NCBI GenBank assembly: GCA_010093995.1
Contig: ML992513.1
Span: 1-64,000 of the forward strand
DNA from: Elsinoe ampelina
Lineage: Eukaryota
DNA: 64,000 nt
Direction: 5' to 3'
Part shown: positions 12,651-25,478 of the stretch, piece after piece
How positions within the stretch are numbered: the stretch's first letter is position 1
How the letters are laid out: each line of letters begins with the position of its first letter
Program-made: the position numbers and the translations under genes
The notes under the pieces: model-generated
What the model saw: the letters and a program-made list of their open reading frames with translations, nothing else
Database searches by the model: none
Told to the model about the DNA's origin: nothing

Positions 12651-13327
12651 CACGTGTTAACTGTATTATTCTAACTATATAACCTACCTTGTCGAGGTTA
12701 TAGACGTTAGTTGATAGATAGTTATATTGTTTAAATAGGCTAGATAACGCATTAAAGAACAGCGTAATAGCCTTGTATGTTCTAGCTTTAAGCTATAACG
12801 ACTCTAGCTAGCGTATATAGAGGCTCTAAAGCTGCGGATGACATTTATATAGTTATAATAGCTAGTTCTTTCTAATAGGCCGCTCTAAAGATATAGGAAG
12901 GTTATTGTTAGATACTTATACCTAGTGACAAATTATCTTAATTGCTAATTAATAGAATAACATAGGAGTTATAGGTGTTCCGAGGCTATTAAGCTAAACG
13001 CTATAGGCTATAAGCGTATCTTCTTCGGCTAGAGTAAGCAATTAGCCTACTACGTAAGAGTTAGTATATAATTGTTGTTCTTATAATTAACCTTAAAGTG
13101 TTAAATATAGGATTTTAAACGCGTTAGTAGCCTTTCGAATTAAGTCGTATTTGTCGTGTTAATAGCTATAGATAGCGGCCTAAATGTCAGCTTTAGTGTA
13201 TATAATAAAACAATTTAAATTATAATATTTATTAAATAAGAAGGAAAGATAGTTACGAAGCTAATACGTAAAATATTAAGGGGTGTAACTAGACTATAGA
13301 GGTAACCAGACTCCTAGTAGATAACGT
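12651..13327 (-). mobile_element. 5' part of a subfamily E element
   Basis: E-type TIR (rc ACGTTATCTACTAGGAGTCTGGTTAC) ends at 13327; colinear with 23617-24295. Confidence 0.88.
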
Positions 13328-13329
13328 TA

Positions 13330-14127
13330 TTATATATCCTTTAGCTACTTAACGTAGCTTGTTTTTCACTGTTAAAGACAGCTCTTATAAAGGAGATTAA
13401 TAATCTAATATATCTCGATCTAGGCTAAATATACTACGTATAGTAGGCCGAATTCTACGTATATACACGAGAGTATACTCTAACTATAAGGAATATTAAA
13501 TCTAGCTTCGAACACTCCGGTATCTATCTAATAAGCCCTATTATAGTGCTTGCTAATTTGCTATACGAATTATATAATTAACTAGTTACACTAATAGAAA
13601 GTAGCTAATCTAGCTAAAACATCTTATAGTTAGAGTTACTATAATCCGGCGCAAGTTTATATATAGCTAACTATAGTCTTAATATATATATAGCTGTCGT
13701 CGACGTCGAAACACTAGTTAAGCGATATATCTCAAAAATGATATTATAATTTAAATTATTAATAGTAGCCTTAGTACTACTATAATAGAAAGTTAAACAA
13801 TAGTAGTAGCTTCTAGAAACGTATAAGTATAAGAAAAGTAGTAAGCGCGTTACTATTAAAGGCCGGTTTATCTTTAGTAAGTAAGAGATAATTAATATCC
13901 TCTATAACGCTAAAGCAAAGACAAAGAAGAAGAGGGGTAAAAAGCGTAAAAAGCGCCTACGCTAACACCTATACCGGAGGAATTAGAAGAGGAAGAGCTA
14001 TCGGATCGACTATCTAATTTAGAAGACGAACTAGCATGATTTAATAGAGTAATTACATAATTTACCTTATTAATGCCTTTTTGTATAAACCGCTCGTAGG
14101 GATAAACCGCTCGTAGGTAAGTTATAT
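13330..14127 (+). mobile_element. 3' part of a subfamily C element; contains the empty site for the hAT insertion
   Basis: Begins in the SHILQPLDV motif and ends with a C-type TIR (AAACCGCTCGTAGGGATAAACCGCTCGTAGG..). Confidence 0.88.
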
Positions 14128-15175
14128 TACTAAAAACAACTACTGCCGAAAGAAGGCTAGAAAACGCATTATTAGCTAACAAGAGTAGATATTAATCCTA
14201 GAGTATATACGAGCCTCCGGAGATACCCTACCTCCCCTTATTATCTATAAGGCTAAATACCTTATAACGTAGTAAATTCTAGATCTATAGCTAGCTAGAT
14301 AGTAATTCTTAATATTGAATAAAGGCTAGACAAGTAACATACATAGTTTTAAATAGTTATCGACAGTGTTTAAGCCTAAAACACGTAACATTAACAGCCG
14401 TTAACGCCTCCTTATTCTAGATAGCTATAGCTTATACGTTATAGCTATATTTATCTTCTTCTATTTTAAGTATAATATTAACCTTATTATGTTTCTACCT
14501 TATATATTATATATTCTCTAGCTGCTCGACATAGCCTATTTTTCACTGTTAAAGACAGCCCTTACGAAAGAGATTAATAGTCTATTTCGCCTTAATCTAG
14601 GCTAAGTATACTATATATAGTAGGCCGAATTCTACACGCGCGTAGGAGAGTATACTTTAACTATAAGGAATATTAAATCTAGCTTTAAATACTCTAGTAT
14701 CTATCCGATAAGCTCTATTATAGTGCTTACTAATTTGCTACATGAATTATATAATTAATTAGTTACTCTAGCAGAATAGGTCCTATCTAACGAAAATGTC
14801 TTATAGTTAGAGCTACCTTCTAGCGTACTATTATATATAGTTAACTATAATCTAAACGCGTATATAGCCGTCACAAACATCGAATTACTAGTTAAGTAAT
14901 ATATCTTAAGAATAACATCACGTTTAGAATTAATAACTATAGGTCTTATGTTGTTATAGTATAAAATTAAATAATAGTAATAGCTTCTTAAGACGCGTAA
15001 GTATAAGAAAAGTAGTAAGCATATCGCTATCGAAGGCTAGTTTATCTTTAGTAAGCTAGAGACAATTAATATCCTTTATAAGGCCGAAGTAGCCTTAAAG
15101 AAGAAGAAGAGCAAAAAGTATAAAAAATTACTTACACTATTAACTTTACTAGAGGAGTCTAAAGAGAAATAGCTA
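14128..15175 (+). mobile_element. 3' half of a subfamily A element; its terminus continues at 26545-26673
   Basis: GAGAAATAGC-TA at 15174 rejoins TA-TTATCTATACTATCGAATTC at 26545, matching uninterrupted copies (7528-7560, 25340-25372). Confidence 0.85.
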
Positions 15176-17749
15176 ACGCAACTTACCTACGAGCGGTTTA
15201 TCCCTACGAGCGGTTTATATAAAAAGGTATTAACGAGGTAAATTATATAATTACTCTATTAAATTATACTAGTTTATTTTCTAAATTAGATAGTCGATCC
15301 GATAGCTCTTTCTCTTCTAATTCCTCTAGTGTAGGTATTAGCGTAGATTAGTATAACTATTAGAGTAGGGTCGGCCCCTTTAGGTTTAGTACTACACTAG
15401 GGTTTAGGTCGGCCTCTAGCCGGCGTAGTGCCGCTAAGGGCTTAGTAGTACTAGTACTAGCTCCGCACTATAGCTATAATAGTACTATACTAGCACTAGG
15501 TGTAGGTCGAGTTATATACATTCTAGACGTAGTATAGTACTAGGTTAGGTCGGTAGATAAGTAGTATAGTGCTATTAAGTCCTTAGCGTACCTTTACTAG
15601 TATTACACTAGAGTTGCTATTCTTATAGTAAATTCTTATAGTAACTGCTATGTCCTATAACTCTTGTTACTTTTCCGCTCTAAACACTTAAAGTTATAGT
15701 AGGTAAAGGATACTAGAGAGAAGCAAAAGTTATTAATTATTAACTCTTATATATAATTACGACCTAATAGTGATTTATAGAAGATTAACCTAATTAACAT
15801 TATCTATATAACTCCTATAAGCCTATTTTATATACTTAGCTAGTAAGCTATATACTACCTAGAACTAATACCTTATTATCTTATTATCTACTTTATCTAG
15901 AGAATATTCTAGCTTTAGCAAGTTTACTCTTATATAAATTATAACTCTTAACTAGTAAACTAAAGTACTAAAGCTATTAAGTAGAGTCTAAGACTAGAAT
16001 AATTAGTTCTAGGTAGTTTAGCCTTTCTACTAACTTATAGTATAGTTACGGATTGCCTTAATACTATTAGATTACTAGTTAATAGTAAGTATAAGGCTAT
16101 CTAGGGCCTTAATCTTTGCCTAAAGGTTATTAATAAATTTATAGTAAGTAATATTAGCCTAATAAATAATAGAGAGGCAAGTAGTAGATATAGTAGTAGA
16201 TTTGCTTAAATTCTAGCAACTATTAGTATAAGTTATACTATAGCGACGTAAAGGTATACTAGATAGTTATTTAAATATTCCTAAGGAGAGAAAGAAGTAA
16301 CTTAGCTAATAATCTACTTATATTCCTTAGTATAATAATAGCTATTATTAGTATTGTTGTTTTTTTATAATAGACAATAGCTATTGTCTATATTATCGTT
16401 CTTATAATAGGTAATACTAGATATATATACCTTTTAGTTGCTATTTCTTCTTCTTTCTCTTAAACTTCTCTTTCTTGTTATTTAATATCTCCTTCTATAA
16501 TGCCTCCTTCTTATGCTTAACTCTACCTTAACCTAGTAGATCTAATTCTCTTTTAGCCTTATAAGATAACTCCTAGTAACTATACTAGGCCCTTATACCT
16601 ACGTTAGTATAAAGCCTATATCTGCTATATAACTCTTATATATCTTAACTTTAATAACAACTACAAAATCTAAGCCGAATATATCTATAATAACTATAGA
16701 GGTTTAGTACTTTACTATAAAGTCTACTACACTTATAATACCCCTTATAACTTTATAAGTATTTCTAATCTAATCTTTCTCTATAATCTAACGAATATTA
16801 GTATAATATCTTATAGACTAATAATATCTTTAACCTAATTAATATATAGCGCGCTATTAATTGTCTTATTCTCGATAGAAAAGTAGATCTACTCTTACTC
16901 TTTGCTATATACTATAATATTAAACGTAAGTAAGAGAAGTTAAATTACATTAATAATAGTAATAATAGTATTTCTTCCGACAACTAATCTAATTAAGGTA
17001 GCATAGTTAAAGTGTTAGCGGGCTAATAGCTTTAGATAGTTATTAATAATATAGACTTATACTTTATAAAGACTTAATTACGTTACCTCTTCCCGTAAGT
17101 AACTAAAATTAACTATAATAACAGCGTATATAAGCTCTTAAAGTAGAAGTATTTATATTACCTCTAGCTATACTAGTAGTTATATTACTACTCTAGGTAG
17201 TACTATTAGTACTAGTAGTAGAAGCACCTCCCTTATTATTCCCTTTACTATTAGTATTATTCTAGAAAGTAACTTAACTATTATCGGGCTTAAACCTAGC
17301 AAGGAAGTCGAAAGTATAATAAGGTAGATATTAGTAATAGCGTAGAGAGTAGTATTAGTAATAAGTTAGCTAAGGTTATAGGTGCTATAGTAGAAGTAGT
17401 TATTAAGGTCAATAATAAAGAAAGTAGCGCGGAGATTAGTTATAGCTTTAGCCTTTATATTATAGTTAATCTATACGATTTCCTCGTTAACGTTTTTATA
17501 AGCAAATCTAGTATAACTAACGTAGATATAAATATAGTTATATTAAAGATACTAGCGGGTAAGGAAATAAGCTTCCTTAGGGCGGCTAACAAAGGGAGAC
17601 TATTAGCATTAGTAGGTAGAATTATATATAGTAATAAGAAAGATACGCGTAGAAGTGCTTTAGAGTAGGTGTTAGTATAGATACTATAAGAGCGTTATTA
17701 CTTAGAGGCTATTAACTAGATATGCTTAGAATACTAGCCTCTAACCTTA

Positions 17750-20700
17750 GTAACGTTATATAGTAGATCTTTGTCCTTATTATGCCCTTCTTTCTCGTTA
17801 ACCTCTTTATTACTTAAACTATAAGTAGTAATATTTCTAAAGTTGTTACTTATGCTATCTATTCCGCTATTAGTATTATTATTAGCAGTAGTAAAATTGT
17901 CTGTCTTAGCTAATTAGATATTTTAAAAATTATTTTCTACTAGCTTAGAGACTATAATTTATCGGATTGTCTATAGAAGTAATTTATGCCTTTAATTACT
18001 AATAATATTCTTCGCTACATTAAAAACATATTTAATACCTACACTAGCGATTAGTATTATAAGAATATTATAAGTAATATAAGCTAGTTGTAGGAATAAG
18101 TACTTATTTTCTTTCTACTAAAAAAGAATATTAAATTCTAATATTTCTTATATAAGTAAAGTTCTAAGGTAATTTTCTTCTTCTATTCTTATTATATAGA
18201 TATTACTCTACTCTTATAAAAGTGTATTATCTTAGCTAGATACTAGAGGTATAAAGCTACTTCCTGTGTTTAATAAGAAAGGCTTCTTAAACTAGTAAGT
18301 AATAGATAAGGCTAATAAAGGAGGTAGGAGAGTAGTTTAAGGAGAGTAGTTATTATTATAGTAATTAAGGTAGTTAAGGAACTATTTATAGTAAAGTAAT
18401 TTAAAATATAGTTTCTACGAAGTATACTTATATATACTAAGTTTCTAAGTTAAATCTAAAATTATGCTATAATTAAATAAGAAACCTTAACCTCTACTTA
18501 TTTACTTATAATACTTAGAAAGCTTAGTATAACTAGCTTTCGCTATATTTTATATAACTAATAGCTAGTCTAAGTTATTGTCCTCTTTCTAAGTAGACTT
18601 AACTACGTTAAGAAAGTTAAAAAGAGTATTATATATAAGCTATATATATTATACTAATAGCGTATAAGACTAACTTAGCTAGTTAGTTATATCCTTAAAA
18701 TTCTCTAGTATTTAGATAATAATCTTTAGATATGCCTATTCGGTATAGCCGAGGTAAAGGCGTTTTATATCTATATAATTAATAAATGCTATATCTTAAT
18801 TAGCTAGTGCTTTGTTAGTTTAGGACTTATATGTAATTACAATCTCCGCGTTAAGCTATTTATTAATAATTAGTTAAAGTTTAATAGCTTACTTATATAT
18901 ATTATATATTAAGTTCTAATAGGTATAAATATCCTAAACGACTAAGAGTCATTTACGAGAAAGTAGATATACTTAAAGGAATTTAAAGTGTTAGTAGCGT
19001 TAAGGGGATTAGTCGATTATAATATAAATTATATAGAGCTTTAAAATTAGTTAAAAAACTATAAGAAAGAACTATAAGAAATATAACTTACTTTATAGAG
19101 GGAATTTAGAACTAATAGAGTTTTTTAGATATTATAGAGATATTACTTCTTAAGCTTATTAGCTTTCTTATTATCCTTAGTAGTTTCTAGCTATAGAGCT
19201 TAAATAATATCTTATATAACAAGATTAATTATATAGGCTAGATATAGAATTATATTCTTAATAGAGAACTAGTATATATTCTTCTTCTTAAGACCTTATT
19301 ATACTTTAGATTATAGAGTATTATTATTACTTATATTATTTACTATAATAGTAAGAAGATATATATTAATCTTTTTTTTATTTAGAACTCTTAGTAGTTC
19401 TATACTAAGTATAACTCTAGTATACTATCTACTAATTAGTATAAAATCTAGTAGGTACTTACGTACTTACTAGTTGTTATTAATATAGTATACCTTTATA
19501 GCTATAAAACTTAGATAGTTATTTATAGACTAGCTATCTAGCACAATTAAAACTTTTATTTAACTACTAAGATTAGTAAGAAGATTAGACTAAATATCCT
19601 TATAGTACTCTTTTAATAGCTCTAAGGCTCGTGTCTAACCTAGAATATTAGTATATAGCTAGAGGAAATATATAAATTAAAGAAAGAAGGAATTATTAAC
19701 TATTTAGAATAACTAATTATAATTAATAAGAACCTTAATAAGCTCTTTTTTAAATTGTTCTAGAGAGAATTATAGTATATAGGATATAGTACTAGTAGCG
19801 TTCGCTTTTAATTATATTAGAGCTATCTAAGCTACTAATTGTTTATAGCTAGAAGATTTTATATTCTAGTAGCTTTAGTATCTAAGATGTTTTATTAGGT
19901 ATTTATTACTAATTAAGTTTATTATTAGGTGTTATAAAACTCTACTATAGCGGAGATAATATATAAGAGGTATTCTATTAGCAAGCTTAGTACCTTTATT
20001 AAAGTTAGCCTAAATAACTCTATAGTAGGTTATAGAATTCTAGTTTAGTAGGTTTTATATTCCGCTAACTCTTAATTTACTACCTATTAATGTTATAGGC
20101 TACTATATTTTTTAGACTTATATAGCTAGCTATTCTTTAAGTAGTATATCTAGTTAGTAGAGTAGATAGCTAACAATTTTAATAGTTTTATAGAATTAAG
20201 TAGAGAATAGATTATTCTAGTAATTAACATAGAACTCTTTAAGCTTGTAGAGGAGAGATAGTAGTAGCATAATAACTTCTAAGAGTATTTATAGTTAAGG
20301 ATTAACTAAGTCTTTATTAAATACTAATATTTTAAAAGTAGAGATATAGAATATTACTAGCTATATAACAAGGAGTAGAAAACTATAAGAATGCTCTATA
20401 AGAATCTATTAGCTACTCTTAATTTATAGATTAAAAAAATTTTAATAGTATAGAACTAGAAAGCTACTAAAACTATAGTCTAATTTTCCTAACTTAAGGT
20501 TAATCTATTTATTCTTATCTATATTATTCTTACCCTTACTCTCCTTATTATTATTATTACTCTTATCTATTGCCTTATTATTATCTTTATCCTAATTCTC
20601 TTTATTAGAATTATTAAAGTCTCTAGTAGTAACTACCTTATAGTATATTTTAGCTACTTCCTTAGTCTTATACTTGTTAAGTTTCTTATTAAGAAGGTCT

Positions 20701-21600
20701 TTAATCTTAGAGTTATTCTTAACTTCTTCTTTAACCTTANNNNNNNNNNNNNNNNNNNNNNNNNNNNNNNNNNNNNNNNNNNNNNNNNNNNNNNNNNNNN
20801 NNNNNNNNNNNNNNNNNNNNNNNNNNNNNNNNNNNNNNNNNNNNNNNNNNNNNNNNNNNNNNNNNNNNNNNNNNNNNNNNNNNNNNNNNNNNNNNNNNNN
20901 NNNNNNNNNNNNNNNNNNNNNNNNNNNNNNNNNNNNNNNNNNNNNNNNNNNNNNNNNNNNNNNNNNNNNNNNNNNNNNNNNNNNNNNNNNNNNNNNNNNN
21001 NNNNNNNNNNNNNNNNNNNNNNNNNNNNNNNNNNNNNNNNNNNNNNNNNNNNNNNNNNNNNNNNNNNNNNNNNNNNNNNNNNNNNNNNNNNNNNNNNNNN
21101 NNNNNNNNNNNNNNNNNNNNNNNNNNNNNNNNNNNNNNNNNNNNNNNNNNNNNNNNNNNNNNNNNNNNNNNNNNNNNNNNNNNNNNNNNNNNNNNNNNNN
21201 NNNNNNNNNNNNNNNNNNNNNNNNNNNNNNNNNNNNNNNNNNNNNNNNNNNNNNNNNNNNNNNNNNNNNNNNNNNNNNNNNNNNNNNNNNNNNNNNNNNN
21301 NNNNNNNNNNNNNNNNNNNNNNNNNNNNNNNNNNNNNNNNNNNNNNNNNNNNNNNNNNNNNNNNNNNNNNNNNNNNNNNNNNNNNNNNNNNNNNNNNNNN
21401 NNNNNNNNNNNNNNNNNNNNNNNNNNNNNNNNNNNNNNNNNNNNNNNNNNNNNNNNNNNNNNNNATCTATAAGAATTACTTCTATTATAGTAAGAATTAC
21501 TTTCTCTTCCTTAGTTATTTCTTTAGTCTTAATTACTAGAGTATTAGTTATCTCTTTCTCTTTACTAAAGGTTTACTAATCTATAGGATTAGTAGATATT
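17750..21600 (-). pseudogene. hAT transposase (BED-type zinc finger, catalytic core, C-terminal dimerisation domain)
   Basis: De-RIPed CLRCG..HP..KHL (~19880-19960), QDVxTRWNSTYDM (~18900-18940), WWKEN..FPQLARIARDILAIPIASVGVERVFN (~18000-18125). Start and end approximate. Confidence 0.88.
20740..21464. other. Assembly gap (725 N)
   Basis: Run of N within the low-complexity N-terminal region of the hAT transposase. Confidence 1.
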
Positions 21601-21973
21601 ATAGATCGAGAATTAGTAGTAATTTATAAGAGAAGGTAGAATAGTAAGTATAATAGAGAGCAAAATATAAGATATAAGTTTTATAAGAAGAAGATAAAGA
21701 GAGAAGGATTTAGTATTTCTTATACGTATAGTAAATAGAGTAGCTAGAAATATAAGTAATAATAGATATTAATTCTATTATTATACTAATATAAAGTTAT
21801 TATAGTAGAGAATAATAATACGAAATTTATATTCTATATACTATTATAAATTCCTTAATAAGGCTTAATATTTCACTCTTAGTATTTTTGCCTTGCTCTT
21901 TTCTACCTTTATAAATAAATTATAATAATTAATTTAACAAATTTACGTAGCTATAGCTTGTAAGAAATAAGTA

Positions 21974-22537
21974 ATACCTCTAAAAAGAGTAAAGCTAAGA
22001 AAGTAAGGCACTAAGAAAACCACTACTAAAAAGCCTACTATAGGTAGTTACGTAACAAAATTTAGACTAGTATTAACTAGACAAATTCGCTAGGTAAAGA
22101 GCTATAGGTTTAAGCTAGGTAGTTAGTTTCTTATAGTAAATTCTTATAGTCTTATATCTAATATAGTATAGCTATTACTCTCCGAGAGATTTATTACTAC
22201 TAGAAGATAACTAAACTTCTTATATATAAGCTCTCTTTCTCTTGTGTTATTTATAACATTATATAAGATATTAAGTTAACACTTATAAGTAGAGATTTAT
22301 GCTTTACGCTAGATACTATTAAGTGTCTCTAGAAAGTAAGTAAGGTAATACTAGTAGAATATTTTAAAGGTATATTAACTATACATTTAAAATATATAAT
22401 ACCTTATACTAATAACTATAGTAGACTATAATCTTAATACTATCTATACTAAGCGTTATACTATTATATAGAAAGACTCTTAGCTTACTAAGAAATATTA
22501 TAATAAGTACTACCTACTTACTTTCTCTAATTAGTAA
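21974..22537 (+). pseudogene. RIP-inactivated histone H3-like (partly CenH3-like) gene inside the hAT; exons 21974-22121, 22172-22369, 22425-22537
   Basis: Using only C>T/G>A reversals the frame reads MPPKR..[103 protein letters not shown]. Two phase-compatible GT..AG introns (50 and 55 nt). Confidence 0.9.
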
Positions 22538-23616
22538 AACCTCTCCTCTATAATACTATAAGAATAGACTATAAGAAATAGGTAGGTATATTTTTATATA
22601 GACTAGACTATTAAATTTCTTTTCTATAGACTTATTATAATGCTAAAGTATAGTATAATAACTATAGTTACCTTAAAGCCTAACTAAGGCGTAGTGCTAT
22701 AACGTAGTATAATACTAGAATTTAACTCCGGTGCTAATTCGGTATAGTACTATCGTAGTATAGTATAGCGCTATTATAGTGTAGTACTATTCTTACTTAA
22801 CTACGGTGTAGTACTAGTGCTAGTATAGCTTAGTATAGTACTAGTACTAGTGCTAATATAGTAGGGTACGGAGCTAGTGCTATTTAGTTTAGCACTAGGT
22901 GCTAACCTGCTAAGAATAGCTCTATACTAGTACCGGAGTTAGCCTTCGGCCGCTCTAACTCTACTCTAATAGTTATACTAGCGTAGATACTTTTTTACGC
23001 TTTTTGCTCCTCTTCTTCTTTGTTTTTACTTTAGCGTTATAGAGAATATTAATTATCTCTTACTTACTAAAGATAAACTAGCCTTCGATAGTAATATACT
23101 TACTACTTTTCTTACGCTTATATATCTCTAGAAGCTACTACTATTATTTAACTTTCTATTATAGTAGTACTAAGGCTACTATTAATAATTTAAATTATAA
23201 TATTATTTTCGAGATATATTACTTAACTAGTGTTTCGACGTTAATAATAGCTATATATGTATTAAGACTATAGTTAGCCGTATATAAACTTATACTAGAT
23301 TATAGTAACTCTAACTATAAGATGTTTTAGCTAGATTAGCTACTTTCTGTCGGTATAACTAGTTAATTATATAATTTATATAGTAAATTAGTAAGTACTA
23401 TAATAGGACTTATCGGATAGATACTAGAGTATTTAAAGCTAGATTTAATATTCCTTATAGTTAAAGTATATTCTTATATATACGCGTAGAATTCGGCCTA
23501 CTATATATAGTATATTTAGCCTAGATTAAGATATATTAGATTATTAATCTCCTTTATAAGAGCTGTCTTTAATAGTAAAAAATAAACTATGTTAAGTAGC
23601 TAAAGAATATATAATA

Positions 23617-25478
23617 ATATTATCTACTAGGAGTCTAGTTACCTTTATAGTCTAGTTACGCCCCTTAATATTTTATATATTAGCTTCGTAACTATCTTTT
23701 CTTCTTATATAATAAATATTATAATTTGAATTATTTTATTATATATATTAAAGCTAATATTTAGGCTGCTATCTATAGCTATTAATACAACAAATATAAC
23801 TTAATTCGAAAAGCTACTAACGCGTTTAAAATTCTATACTTAATACTTTAAGGTTAATTACAAGAATAATAATTATATACTAACTCTTACGTAGTAGGCT
23901 AATTACTTACTCCGGCTAAAAAAGACATACTTATAGCCTATAGCGTTTAGCTCGATAGCCTTAGAATACCTATAACTCCCGCGTTATTCTATTAATTAGT
24001 AATTAAAATAATTCGTTACTAGGTATAAGTATCTAATAATAACTTTTCTATATCTTTAGAGTAGCCTATTAGAAAGAACTAGCTATTATAACTATGTAAA
24101 TGTTATTTATAGCTTTAGAGCCTTTATATACGCTAGCTAGAGTTATTATAGCTTAAAGCTAGAACGTATAAGGCTATTACGCCGTTCTTTAATGCGTTAT
24201 CTAGCCTATTTAAATAATATAACTATCTATTAACTAACATCTATAACCTCGACGAGGTAGGTTATATAGTTAGAATAATATAGTTAATATATATACTAGT
24301 TAGTACTAAAAATAACTACTGCTAAAAGAAGGCTAGAAAATATATTATTAGCTAATAAGAGTAGATATTAATCCTTAAGTATATACGAGCCTCTAGAGAC
24401 ACTCTACCTCCTCTTATTATCTATAAGGCTAAATACCTTATAACGTAGTAGATTCTAGATTCGTAGCTAGCTAGATAGCAATTCTTAATATCGAATAAAG
24501 GCTAGACAAGTAATATATATAGTTATAAGTAGCTTATAACTATCTTTAAGCCTAAAATATGTAATATTAATAGCTATTAATACCTCCTTATTCTAGACAG
24601 CTATAGCTTATATATTATAGCTATATCTACCTTCTTCTATTTTAAGTATAATATTAACCTTGTTATGTTTTTTCCTTATATATTATATATTCTCTAGCTA
24701 CTTAACGTAGTCTATTTTTTACTATTAAAGATAGCTCTTATAAAAGAGATTAATAATCTATTTTGCCTTAATCTAGGCTAAGTATACTATATATAGTAGG
24801 CCGAATCTTATATATATATATAAGAGTATACTCTAACTATAAGGAATATTAAATCTAGCTTTAAATACTCTAGTATCTATCCTATAAGCTCTATTATAGT
24901 GCTTGCTAATTTACTATACAAATTATATAATTAATTAGTTACTCTAGTAGAATAGGTCCTATCTAACAAAAATGTCTTATAGTTAGAGCTATAATCTAGC
25001 GTACTATTATATCTAGTTAACTATAATCTTAACACGTGTATAGCTATTATAAACATTAAATCGCTAGTTAAGTAATATATCTTAAGAATAATATTATATT
25101 TAGAATTAATAACTATAGCTCTTATGTTATTATAGTATAAAATTAAATAATAGTAATAGCTTCTTAAGATATATAAGTATAAGAAAAGTAGTAAGTACGT
25201 CGCTATTAAAGGCTATTTTGTCTTTAGTAAGCTAGAGACAATTAATATCCTTCGTAAGACTAAAGTAGTATTAAAGAAGAAGAAGAGTAAAAAGTATAAA
25301 AAATTACTTATACTATTAACTTTACTAGAAGAATCTAAAGAGAAATAGTAATCGTCTATACTATCGAATTCTAAGGACGAACTAGCTTAATTTAATAGAG
25401 TAATTATATAATTTACCTTGTTAATACCTTTTTATATAACTAGACTTTAGGAGTAACTAGACTTCTAGTAAATAACGT
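23617..25478 (+). mobile_element. Full-length subfamily E Fot1-like element, heavily RIPed
   Basis: E-type TIRs at both ends with TA duplication; flanks rejoin the host C transposase. Confidence 0.92.

Larger units (their letters stand above)
15349..22980 (-). mobile_element. hAT-superfamily DNA transposon, ~7.6 kb including gap, heavily RIPed
   Basis: 8-bp TSD GCGTAGAT (15341-15348 and 22981-22988); ~26-bp TIR TAGTATAACTATTAGAGTAG(G/A)GT; repetitive subterminal regions; hAT transposase motifs inside. Confidence 0.93.

Noticed and set aside
15349..15600. Possible LTR of a Copia element
   Set aside because: The ends are inverted rather than direct, with an 8-bp TSD and hAT motifs inside.
20674..21579. 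301-aa ORF in the track
   Set aside because: Artefact of reading through the N gap; the real coding strand here is minus.
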